From Candidatus Altimarinota bacterium (lineage in GTDB: Bacteria > Patescibacteriota > Gracilibacteria > UBA4473), in the NCBI GenBank assembly GCA_020631075.1, contig JAHDHX010000006.1:42243-106242 (forward strand): DNA of 64,000 nt, written 5' to 3'. The first letter of the stretch is position 1. Every line of letters begins with the position of its first letter. Shown here piece after piece: positions 1 to 8,692 of the stretch. A program made the position numbers and the translations under genes. The notes below the pieces were generated by a model that saw nothing but the letters and a program-made list of their open reading frames with translations, did not search any database and had not been told where the DNA came from.

Positions 1-222
1 TTCCAAGCGCTTCACCCCATCATCCAAACCCGCTGGCTCCGCCAGTGTGCCGCGCCCAACACCCCCAGCCAGAGTGAGAGCGCCGACACCATTCGCTGGC
101 TGACTGACCAACCACAAGGCAACAGCCACAAACCTTTTGGTGGTGGTCAGCTTCAGCTTTCAAGAGGTCTTATTCACTATCAAGATATTGGTGACAAAGC
201 TAACAAATCTACAAATATTTGA
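1..222 (+). CDS. 3' end of a truncated CDS, possibly the C-terminus of tRNA(Ile)-lysidine synthase
   Basis: Frame 1 is open from base 1 to TGA at 220-222 (FQALHPIIQTRWLRQC...RWLTDQPQGNSHKPFGG) with host-like C-rich codons. The product guess is weak. Confidence 0.4.
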   Translation, partial: FQALHPIIQTRWLRQCAAPNTPSQSESADTIRWLTDQPQGNSHKPFGGGQLQLSRGLIHYQDIGDKANKSTNI

Positions 223-863
223 TCAAGAGACCAAAAACGTAACTGCGGGTTTTGTTGCTCAAGAGGTTTTTGCAAATTACCAAAATGCGTACACCCTAAA
301 ACAACATTCTGAACACCCTGACAAACAAAGCCGCGTACAACTTCATTTATTCCTACTTCTTGTAATAATTCATGCGGATCTCGACGTTGCTCGATGCCGT
401 CAACTAAGGGATACCACCCCACAGAAACAAATGATTTTTGTGGCAAATACGGACACAAAAATCGTTCCACCCCCGCAGCGCCATTCGCATTAAAAGCTAC
501 AATCCCGATTGTCCCCTCCCCTTCGGCCAACCGAAGTGATAACTGTTTATACACGTCCATCACAGTCAACAGCTCAACATCACTTTCCATTTTCAAATAC
601 TTTAATTCAAGAGCCGACGCCAAACTATTACAGAAAATAATACCTCTTTTAATTCCTTGCACTTTGGCCGATGCAATCGCCTTCAACACACGATGAAACA
701 GCTCTGTTGTGTTAGTGTTTTGTAAATGATTTTGCTCAGCCAGCGTCTGCGCTATAGGGTACCCTACAGCTACGTAACCTTTCTGCTGGAGTAGTTCAAC
801 CCCAATACTTGTGTCAACAGGCGTTCCTGCCAACACCGCTATAGCTTCTCTTTGCTTTTTCAT
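180..863 (-). CDS. Aspartate/glutamate racemase family protein
   Basis: Two-cysteine racemase motifs FCNS and LGCTHF; N-terminal IAVLAGTPVDT. Confidence 0.85.
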   Translation of the reverse strand: MKKQREAIAVLAGTPVDTSIGVELLQQKGYVAVGYPIAQTLAEQNHLQNTNTTELFHRVLKAIASAKVQGIKRGIIFCNSLASALELKYLKMESDVELLTVMDVYKQLSLRLAEGEGTIGIVAFNANGAAGVERFLCPYLPQKSFVSVGWYPLVDGIEQRRDPHELLQEVGINEVVRGFVCQGVQNVVLGCTHFGNLQKPLEQQNPQLRFWSLDQIFVDLLALSPIS

Positions 864-1756
864 GATGTGTATGGAGTAAGTAAAAATTCACCAGTTTCGA
901 GCACTTCTTCCAGCACCCCTCGACCAAAAGTATTCTCTATCGCGGCATACTCAGACGCTAACGCCTGCCAGACTTGCCCTGTCCGTTGTTGTAAAAACTT
1001 TCGATAATCTGGTAACGATTGAGTGGTAAAATTTTTAAACGTAAATCCAGCAGGCAAACTGAATTCAGCTGATACTCGTGGTTGCCCTTTCCGCGGTCGC
1101 ACAGTCGTTTGACCATACGGCACACTTGTGTGTCGTGAAGTTTGAAAGACATATTGAGGATGGTTCATTTTTTGCCATTCAGGACCAAATATTTCTTTCA
1201 AAACTTCAGAATCCAGTGACGAACGCACTAAATCTCTCCAATAATTAAAAGACTCCTCTCGGTGCCCCCCCCATGAAGCTGTCGGCTGCATACCCGTCGG
1301 AGCAATATCCGCAAAAAGCAAGGCGTGACCCACCGCATAACGCACCCCTTCCTCAACGGTGGATTTATTTTTTTCAATATATGTCTGTATCTCCGCCACC
1401 CCCTTTTCATACCCAGTTGGATTTTGTGACTCTATCTGTCCTACGACGGCCAACAATTTGTCTTTAATCTCAGGCACCACTGGCTGCTCGTCAAACAGCA
1501 CTTTAGGTGATAATTCTAGATCTGCCACAGCAAACACCCTTTGCACAAACCGAATCTTTTGTGCAGTAATTTTCTGCTCTTGGGGGTCTGGCTGCAAAAA
1601 TCCTGAACTTAACAAGTGAATTTCTTCCAACGGTTGTCCAGCTTGCTGATAAGCATTGATTAAAGAAGTAAAATAACTCATAATCCTCGGTGTGAGGGGA
1701 GCAGCATTAGCACCAATTCCCACGTTCACCCGTGGCGTGTATTCCAAATCTTTCAT
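860..1756 (-). CDS. Hypothetical protein, possibly class I aminoacyl-tRNA-synthetase-like/CDPS-like fold
   Basis: 298-aa ORF whose stop overlaps the racemase start (ATGA). Contains YAVGHALLFADI...GGHREESFNYWRDL. The ORF is well supported; the fold is inference. Confidence 0.6.
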   Translation of the reverse strand: MKDLEYTPRVNVGIGANAAPLTPRIMSYFTSLINAYQQAGQPLEEIHLLSSGFLQPDPQEQKITAQKIRFVQRVFAVADLELSPKVLFDEQPVVPEIKDKLLAVVGQIESQNPTGYEKGVAEIQTYIEKNKSTVEEGVRYAVGHALLFADIAPTGMQPTASWGGHREESFNYWRDLVRSSLDSEVLKEIFGPEWQKMNHPQYVFQTSRHTSVPYGQTTVRPRKGQPRVSAEFSLPAGFTFKNFTTQSLPDYRKFLQQRTGQVWQALASEYAAIENTFGRGVLEEVLETGEFLLTPYTS

Positions 1757-2228
1757 AGCATTTGAAAGTAAGTAAATAAGGAAATTATTACCAATTAAAA
1801 CGCTTCAACCTGTCTAATTGGGAATAATATATAAGCTCTGTAGGCCTAACTCTCCTCACATTTAAAATAAGTTCTCAAAAAATGAAGAGCATGAAAAACT
1901 TTCTACAAAATATGTAATCAAAAAATCACGGAAAATGTCCTTCAACTAAATTCCTCCAAGCGTGCAAACGAATAAGCATAAGAATGAACATAAATTAAAA
2001 AACGCCTTTCTTGAGCAGAAAAGCGCTGAGTAGCAAAGACAATGGACTAAAAAATGATCACCAGAAAATTTTAACAGGTGTGCCTTCACTCAGCGAGTGA
2101 AGACAACAGCATGATCTTGATTCATAAGAAACAAAAATGGACATAAAATAAACTATAAAATTCTCAATTAAGCAGTGAAACATTAATTCAAAAACCAACC
2201 TTCTTTCTACTCAGGGAACACCTATCTG

Positions 2229-3926
2229 TCAAATTATATTCACCCACCAGCGCACCACCTCCCAGTAATCCCCCTCCACCAGCGCTTCTATTTCCGCCCC
2301 CCTGCACCATCGCGCCTCGACTATTTCCGCGCCATCCACCACGGGTTCTCCGCTTTTCCAATCCATGGCATAAAATTCCACCGCCGCCCCCACCGTGCCC
2401 GCGTCATGCCGCGTGAAATTTGAGGGAAACAAGTAACGATATTTCCCCAAGCAAACAGGATTTATCTCCCCTTGCAGCGCCACTCCACACTCTTCGTTGA
2501 GCTCACGCACGGCGGCTTGTGGCCCAGTTTCCCCATCATCGACACCCCCCTGCGGCAACTGCCACGCGTGTGATTGCCGCGGCTTACGCACCAGCAGATA
2601 CTCCCGTTCAGCACTCCCCTGCCTCGGTCGCCCCAACACCACGCCCGCCACTCGCCGCAGGCCCCCCTGCCACTCAGCCAGATCCGTCCAAAACCCTGGC
2701 CAAGATTTTGCCGTACTCTCGGGGTCTGTCACCGTCACGTCCCAGCCTTCCGCCGCCCGCAGGCACCCCCATATCATCGCTATCCGATGATCATCATACG
2801 AGTTTAGCTGCTCACCCTTCACCGCCGACAGCCCCCCCTGCCCGTCTATTTCCACCCAATCTGGCCCCGTGGTCACCCTCGCCCCCAGTGTGGTCAGACC
2901 CTCCTCCATGGCTGCGATTCGGTCACATTCCTTGTGTCGCAGCGTGCTCAGCCCTGTCACACGGGTCACCCCCGTGGTGTAGGCCAACATCGCCATCACC
3001 GTCATCGCCATGTCCGGCGCCGCTACCATGTCTATCACCCCCAGTGGCTGCGGAGCCCCCGCCCAAAGCACAGCCACCGCCGCTGGCTCACGCTGCACTT
3101 CCGCCCCCATCTTTTGCACTATTTCGAGGATAATTTCATCCCCCTGCAACGTCGGCTCACTCCAGTGCTCTATCTGCACAGACTCCCCCGACACCAGCCC
3201 CCACAGCAAAGGAAACCCCACCGCACTGCAATCCAGCCCACAGCGCACCGTTGTCGGCCCATCCTTGCGACGACCACCGACCGTGAAGCGAAGCCCACTG
3301 GCATCCATTTCCACGCTATATCCTGCCTGGGCCAGCACCCCCAGCGTCATATCTCGGTATGGTTGAGACACCAACGGCGGCTCCACCACGACCTCAGTTT
3401 TGATTTCCCGCTGGGCCAGCGTCAGCAGTAACCCCGTCAAAAACTGCGAGCTCGCCCCCCCACGGACGTTTATCTCTGACGAGATCTTCACCCCTTCACC
3501 ATGCGTCAGCCGCACTGGCAAGTGCCCAGCCTCACCAAGGTACTCTACCCCCACCCCACAGCGCTCCAGCACCGTGAAGATATCCCGCATCGGGCGCTCA
3601 CACATCCGCGCATTGCCAGTAAGTGTCCACGACCCCCGCACCAGCAGCGCCGCACACGCCAGCAGCCGCGCCACCGTCCCCCCATTCCCGACATACACTT
3701 CCGTGTTCGGCTTCGCGCACAATCCGCCCACTGGCGGGCGCACCTGCCAGTCACGCGGGCCGACTTGTGTGTACTCCACCCCAAATTTCGCCAACCCCAA
3801 ACGCATATAGCGCGTGTCATCACAGTCCGACACGTTGCGCAGGGTTATTGCTCGTTCCCCTATCCCCGCCAGATACACCCAACGGTTACTCAGCGACTTC
3901 GAGCTCGGCACAGTTATTTTTTTCAT
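2229..3926 (-). CDS. aroA: EPSP synthase (AroA) fused to a C-terminal Nudix hydrolase (RppH-like)
   Basis: PSSKSLSNR, GNGGTVARL, ERPM, SSQFLTGLL, LRHKECDRI, SYDDHRIAM, KSWPGFW, then WQLPQGGVDDGETGPQAAVRELNEECG (Nudix box). Start taken at ATG 3926 (MKKITVP). Confidence 0.9.
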   Translation of the reverse strand: MKKITVPSSKSLSNRWVYLAGIGERAITLRNVSDCDDTRYMRLGLAKFGVEYTQVGPRDWQVRPPVGGLCAKPNTEVYVGNGGTVARLLACAALLVRGSWTLTGNARMCERPMRDIFTVLERCGVGVEYLGEAGHLPVRLTHGEGVKISSEINVRGGASSQFLTGLLLTLAQREIKTEVVVEPPLVSQPYRDMTLGVLAQAGYSVEMDASGLRFTVGGRRKDGPTTVRCGLDCSAVGFPLLWGLVSGESVQIEHWSEPTLQGDEIILEIVQKMGAEVQREPAAVAVLWAGAPQPLGVIDMVAAPDMAMTVMAMLAYTTGVTRVTGLSTLRHKECDRIAAMEEGLTTLGARVTTGPDWVEIDGQGGLSAVKGEQLNSYDDHRIAMIWGCLRAAEGWDVTVTDPESTAKSWPGFWTDLAEWQGGLRRVAGVVLGRPRQGSAEREYLLVRKPRQSHAWQLPQGGVDDGETGPQAAVRELNEECGVALQGEINPVCLGKYRYLFPSNFTRHDAGTVGAAVEFYAMDWKSGEPVVDGAEIVEARWCRGAEIEALVEGDYWEVVRWWVNII

Positions 3927-4043
3927 CACCCACAGCCTAAAACTCTCCCGCCACAGCGCCACCCTATTACAGCACTTCCAGCAATCCTCCCTTGCCCTCT
4001 GGGCACCACTCTCTATATTCAGGCCCCTTTTTCCTTCCCTCTC

Positions 4044-4352
4044 ATGGATTTCCAACAAGTCGGCAAACTCTACAAACTCCAAAAAGAAGCCAAGAAAATC
4101 AAAAAAGAACTGGCCAAAACCCACATCTTCGCCAAAGAAAACGGCGTTAAAGTCACCGTCTCGGGCGAGATGGAAATTCTAAACGTCGAATTCTACGAAA
4201 CAGACATATTAGGCGACCAGTCTGCTCTCGCCGAAGCCTTCAAACTAGCCTCCAACCGCGCCTTCAAAAAGGCCCAAGAAGTGGCCGCTCAGCAAATGAA
4301 AAGCATCATGGGGGATATGCAAGGCCTGATGGGTGGTGACGCTCCAGCTTAG
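4044..4352 (+). CDS. YbaB/EbfC family nucleoid-associated protein
   Basis: 102 aa: MDFQQVGKLYKLQKEAKKIKKEL...GVKVTVSGEMEI...AFKKAQEVAAQQM. Confidence 0.85.
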   Translation: MDFQQVGKLYKLQKEAKKIKKELAKTHIFAKENGVKVTVSGEMEILNVEFYETDILGDQSALAEAFKLASNRAFKKAQEVAAQQMKSIMGDMQGLMGGDAPA

Positions 4353-4379
4353 TCCCAAAGCTTATCTGAAATTTCTCTG

Positions 4380-4411
4380 AAAACTGCCTGCACAGCTGGG
4401 CAGTTTTTTTT
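4380..4411 (+). terminator. Rho-independent terminator
   Basis: AAAACTGCC...GGCAGTTTT hairpin followed by a T-run. Confidence 0.75.
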
Positions 4412-4454
4412 ATGATCAGAAACGACACCCTTCCTTCACTTCCCCCCCCTCCAC

Positions 4455-5540
4455 ATAGCCCGCTCACCCTATGGTCAACGCTCAGTCGGTCGTCGCCCCA
4501 ACGGGGGCGGAGGCCGACAACGCGCCCGCAGCACTAGTTTTAGCAACTCATGGCTGACCCGACTCAAACAACTGACTCTCGCTGGGGTCATCATCTGTCT
4601 GCTCGTCGGGGGGTATTGGTACCAGCGGCTTTCGACCGCCTGGGCCACCCCCCACAGCCAGTCCGACCAGCGCGTTTCCCTCACCATCGAGCCAGGCACC
4701 AGCGTCACTGGCATCGCCCAGCAGCTGGAAGCCAAAGACCTCCTCACCGACCCGTTCGCCTTCCGCCTCTTCGTTCGCTACCACGACTTAACGGCATCTC
4801 TGCAAGCAGGTGACTACGTCTTCACCCGCGACATGACCTACCGCGACCTGACAGACACCCTATCGGTCGGCCGCTCGACAGAGGTCCGCATCACCATCCC
4901 CGAGGGGGCCACCATCGCCGATATTGACGCCATCCTCACCCGCCAAGGGTTAATAGAAGGCGGTGAGTTTCGCCGCTGCACCGTCAACTGTGACTTCGAC
5001 CTCCCCTACGACTCCCTCGAAGGCTTCCTCTACCCTTCCACCTACTACGAAAACCCCGACAAATTCACCGTCCGCGACTTCATCACCCGCTTGCACAACA
5101 CCCTCAAAACCCAGATCAAACCCCTGCAAGACGAAATCGACCAGAGCGAGCGCACCTTTGAGCAGATCATGATCGTTGCCTCGATGGTCGAGCGCGAAGC
5201 CAACCTCATCGAAGAAATGCCAATCATCGCAGAGATCATCTGGAAACGGCTCGACGAAAGTATCATCCTCGGCATTGACGCCACCACCCGCTACGACCTC
5301 GGCGACTGGAAGCGCCCCCTCACCACCGCTGACTTTCAGGTCGATTCCCCCTACAACACCCGCAACCGCCTCGGCCTGCCCCCCACCGCCATCAGTAATC
5401 CCAGCCTCGACGCCATCACCGCCGCCGTCCGCCCCGCCACCACCGACTACTACTACTACCTCCACGACCCGAGAGGCCAGATCCACTACGGCCAGACCCT
5501 CGCCGACCACCAGGCCAACAAACGGAAGTATTTACAGTAA
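4455..5540 (+). CDS. mltG: Endolytic transglycosylase MltG
   Basis: ITIPEG, LEGFLYPSTY, ASMVEREA, SPYNT...GLPPTAISNPS, YYYYLHD. The frame is open upstream of ATG 4833 through an N-terminal TM helix; the apparent start is ATA at 4455. Confidence 0.85.
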   Translation: MARSPYGQRSVGRRPNGGGGRQRARSTSFSNSWLTRLKQLTLAGVIICLLVGGYWYQRLSTAWATPHSQSDQRVSLTIEPGTSVTGIAQQLEAKDLLTDPFAFRLFVRYHDLTASLQAGDYVFTRDMTYRDLTDTLSVGRSTEVRITIPEGATIADIDAILTRQGLIEGGEFRRCTVNCDFDLPYDSLEGFLYPSTYYENPDKFTVRDFITRLHNTLKTQIKPLQDEIDQSERTFEQIMIVASMVEREANLIEEMPIIAEIIWKRLDESIILGIDATTRYDLGDWKRPLTTADFQVDSPYNTRNRLGLPPTAISNPSLDAITAAVRPATTDYYYYLHDPRGQIHYGQTLADHQANKRKYLQ

Positions 5541-5547
5541 ATCATTA

Positions 5548-6333
5548 CTAAACAGCCGAAAACGTCGGCACCACCTCCACCCCGTCAGCGTCCAGCACTA
5601 CGCCCGTTTCTCGGTCTCTGGTGTATGCCCGCTCAGCCTCCGTGCCGTCCACGACCTGCTGCACGGCGGTCTGCACCGCGGCTAATTCCGTCAGCATCAC
5701 CTCCAGCACCTCCCCCAGCTCTACGTCTTCAGGCAGCATCCCCTGCAGTCGCTCAACCATCTGCTGGTCGCGGGCCAGGTCAGGCAGCCGTCGCTGCATC
5801 CACCGTAAAAATTTCTTCGCCCGCCGCCGCTCACGCCAGCCGGCATCTGTCAGTTTCAGCGCCTCCCACTTCGCCCCCTCCACTTTTTCCAGCAACTGAC
5901 TCACTTGGTTGCCATACCCCGCGACCAGTTCCGTCGCCTTGCTCAGCCCCGTCACCCCCATTTCCGTCACTCGCGCCATCGGGGTACGGTTCGCCATGTC
6001 CACCCCCTTTATCACCGCGCCCTTTTTCCGCGTCAACCACCGCGCCAGCCGCCCCAGCACGCTTTGACGGGTCACCCCCGCGCGCCACCCCACCACATTG
6101 CCTTCCTCCGCCATATCTTTGAGGAAAAACACCCCTTCCTTCGGGTCACCACCCAACTGCTCGGCCGTCCAGTCGACAAAGAACGCCAACTCAGCCGCTT
6201 CTTCCGTTTGTGCCTCCGCTTCTTTTGCTTCTGCTTCTTCCGCTGCCGCAGGTGCCCCTGTTGCTTCGGCTGCGGGCAGCGCTTCATCGCTGACTATTTC
6301 TTCTGTCACTGGCGCCGTTTCACCAACCGTCAT
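5548..6333 (-). CDS. Hypothetical protein with Ala/Glu-rich N-terminus
   Basis: Long ORF with minus-strand G-rich codon pattern; no family recognised. Confidence 0.65.
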   Translation of the reverse strand: MTVGETAPVTEEIVSDEALPAAEATGAPAAAEEAEAKEAEAQTEEAAELAFFVDWTAEQLGGDPKEGVFFLKDMAEEGNVVGWRAGVTRQSVLGRLARWLTRKKGAVIKGVDMANRTPMARVTEMGVTGLSKATELVAGYGNQVSQLLEKVEGAKWEALKLTDAGWRERRRAKKFLRWMQRRLPDLARDQQMVERLQGMLPEDVELGEVLEVMLTELAAVQTAVQQVVDGTEAERAYTRDRETGVVLDADGVEVVPTFSAV

Positions 6334-6384
6334 ATGATGCACAAGAGAAAATATACTCCCCACTCAACATAATTATATTAAAAT

Positions 6385-7302
6385 ATGAATAAAAAAGAAA
6401 ATACAACTTTACTTATCGGCTCCTTCGGGGCGCAAAACCTCGGTGATGAGCTCATCCTCACCCAAGCCCTGCGTGACACCCCCGACGCCGTCGTCATGAC
6501 CGCCAACCCCCAGCACTCACAGACCTTCACCGAAACAACTTTCCCCACCGTCCCCCCCTTCCCCATGGGGCTACGCAGTGGGTTTTCGTGGCTTATGGGC
6601 GGGCTGCGCCCCCTCCCTGTCACTCAGTTCCCCATCCGCCAGATCATCTTCCCTGGCGGGGGGCTATTTGCCATCCACACCCGAGCCTACTTTCTCTGGT
6701 GGCTCACCCTGCGGTGGTGTCGCTGGGTCTTGCCGCAGGCCACTATCCACCTCCAGCACCAAGGCTTTGACCCACCCCCAAACCGTCTCTGCCAGTGGCT
6801 CCTGCGTGACGCACTCACCCTCGTCAGCACCGTCACCGTGCGTGACACCCCCTCCGCCCAAGTCGTACACAGCCACAGCTCCCACTCCCCCACCATAGTC
6901 GACGACCGTGTGCTCACCCCCCTCCCAGTGGCGCAGCACCCGCCACTCCCCCTCCCCGAGGTCATCTTCCTTTCCGCCGTTGCCCCCATCACAGACACTC
7001 TCTGGCACTCACTACAAGCCACCTTTCCTGGCGCCCAGTGGCACTTCATCGCCTTCACCCCTGCCGACGCGCTGCACTGCCCCCCTGGGGCCCAGCTGCA
7101 CCGCCCCACCACCCAGTCCGCCTTGCGCACGCTCTACGCCGTGGCGGACCTCGTCTTGGGCGAGCGCTACCACAGTTTCATTTTAGGGCTCAACGCCCTC
7201 GCTCCACATCAGGTGAAGCTCTACCGCCCCCCCTACAGTCATAAAGTCGCCCACCTGCGCGACCAGTTCCGACTCCAAACCTTGACTCTCACAATTGCGT
7301 AA
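6385..7302 (+). CDS. Polysaccharide pyruvyl transferase family protein (CsaB/WcaK-like)
   Basis: GSFGAQNLGDELIL, PGGGLF, VTVRD, GERYHSFI motifs. Confidence 0.8.
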   Translation: MNKKENTTLLIGSFGAQNLGDELILTQALRDTPDAVVMTANPQHSQTFTETTFPTVPPFPMGLRSGFSWLMGGLRPLPVTQFPIRQIIFPGGGLFAIHTRAYFLWWLTLRWCRWVLPQATIHLQHQGFDPPPNRLCQWLLRDALTLVSTVTVRDTPSAQVVHSHSSHSPTIVDDRVLTPLPVAQHPPLPLPEVIFLSAVAPITDTLWHSLQATFPGAQWHFIAFTPADALHCPPGAQLHRPTTQSALRTLYAVADLVLGERYHSFILGLNALAPHQVKLYRPPYSHKVAHLRDQFRLQTLTLTIA

Positions 7303-7813
7303 AAATATCCCGCTCCTCGTTGAGCCGCTCAAATTCCCCCTTCGACAAATTTTTCACCACGTTGTCATAGTGAAAGCACTGCCCATTCATGACGATGTAC
7401 ACCCCCGCAGGCAACATCTGCACAAAGGACAACGCACACCCCATATTAAAAAACCCATCCGAAGACGTCCCAAACACGAACGGAATCATCGCCCCAGTAA
7501 AGATCACCGTTTTGTTTTCCACCAGCGGCGCGACAAACTTCGCCATGTCGACCATGCGGTCTGTCCCGTGGGTGACTATCACACGGTCATAGCGTGACCC
7601 GACTATGTGGTCCGCAATGTTTTGTCGGTGGGTGTCAGTCATGTCGAGGCTATCCATCAACAAGATTTTTTTCACCTCTACGTCCAGCGTGCAGCGACTG
7701 GTTTTGATCATCTCGGGCAGATGCGTGTCACGGAAAAACAAATTTCCGTGCAACTCATCATACTCCTTGTCGAATGTCCCCCCCGTAGCCAATATTTGAA
7801 TCTTTGGGATCAT
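7289..7813 (-). CDS. Asparaginase N-terminal-domain protein (short form)
   Basis: ATGGTFDK, MDSLDM, VTHGTD, TGAMIP motifs. Confidence 0.85.
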   Translation of the reverse strand: MIPKIQILATGGTFDKEYDELHGNLFFRDTHLPEMIKTSRCTLDVEVKKILLMDSLDMTDTHRQNIADHIVGSRYDRVIVTHGTDRMVDMAKFVAPLVENKTVIFTGAMIPFVFGTSSDGFFNMGCALSFVQMLPAGVYIVMNGQCFHYDNVVKNLSKGEFERLNEERDIFTQL

Positions 7814-7976
7814 GCTGAAACGTGAAATTTTCAAAATTATGAATGATACGCCTCCATTTTCACACACCCGCCCCCAAACCAAAAATCAAAACCAAGCAAT
7901 CTGTCCTCACCATTTTTTTGCCCACACAGCCTGAGCCCACTACCATGGCCTTCGTTAATCCATCTCCCTCTATTTA

Positions 7977-8429
7977 ATGCGCTTCCTGCCCCTGCTCCTC
8001 GTCACCATCACACTGCTGTTTGCCTGCAGTGCCCCGTCTGGCTCAACCACTCAAACCCAAACGCCCCCCCCTCAGCCCATCATCAGCACCCAGCACGGCT
8101 ACGTTGACACCTTCACTCCTGAAAAATTAGCCGAACTGCAAGCCAGCACGCAGCCCTTCGTCGTCTTTGTCAGTGCCGACTGGTGCCCAGGCTGCGTGAA
8201 GCTCGTCCAAGAGCTCTACGCCCAGCAGGACCTCATCCCCGCCCAGACGGCTGTCCTCGTGGCCGACTTTGACACCCACACCACCTTTAAGGAGCAACAC
8301 GACGTCACCGTCAAACACACCGCCGTGTACTTTGACACTACTGGTACCGCTACCGAGGTCGTCACTGGCGTAGATCTCCAAGATCTTACCACTTACCTGC
8401 AAAGTGCGCGTGCAGAAAACAACGCATAA
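7977..8429 (+). CDS. Thioredoxin-family lipoprotein
   Basis: Lipobox LFAC and ADWCPGC active site. Confidence 0.8.
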   Translation: MRFLPLLLVTITLLFACSAPSGSTTQTQTPPPQPIISTQHGYVDTFTPEKLAELQASTQPFVVFVSADWCPGCVKLVQELYAQQDLIPAQTAVLVADFDTHTTFKEQHDVTVKHTAVYFDTTGTATEVVTGVDLQDLTTYLQSARAENNA

Positions 8430-8616
8430 GGAAACACTGATACAGTCTCGCTGATCATAAAAAGATAGATTTGGGGAAGATTTTTTACGACAGGTTCTCA
8501 CGGAGTCTCTCGACCCCGTGACGGTTCTGGAGTGAAAAAAGCAACCCAAAGATCCTTTTTTGATGGCGACTCTCTCTCAATTATTTTCACGTCCTTTTGA
8601 GTTTATCAGTGTTTCC
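8430..8616. mobile_element. MITE-like repeat, copy 1
   Basis: Terminal inverted repeats GGAAACACTGATA/TATCAGTGTTTCC, flanked by ATAA and TTAA; homologous to copies at 23262 and 35564. Confidence 0.85.
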
Positions 8617-8692
8617 TTAAGCAAACCAAGCTCTCGCACCAAACCCCAAAATTCACTCGCCGCCTCTTTCGGGTTGGGCTACCGTGCGCCAG

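Noticed and set aside
1757..2228. Small peptide or ncRNA in the AT-rich gap (hairpin CTTCACTC/GAGTGAAG near 2085-2102)
   Set aside because: Only short ORFs without support and one isolated hairpin; insufficient evidence.
3927..4124. 66-aa N-terminal extension of AroA
   Set aside because: It overlaps the divergent ybaB-like gene; AroA homology starts at MKKITVP (3926).
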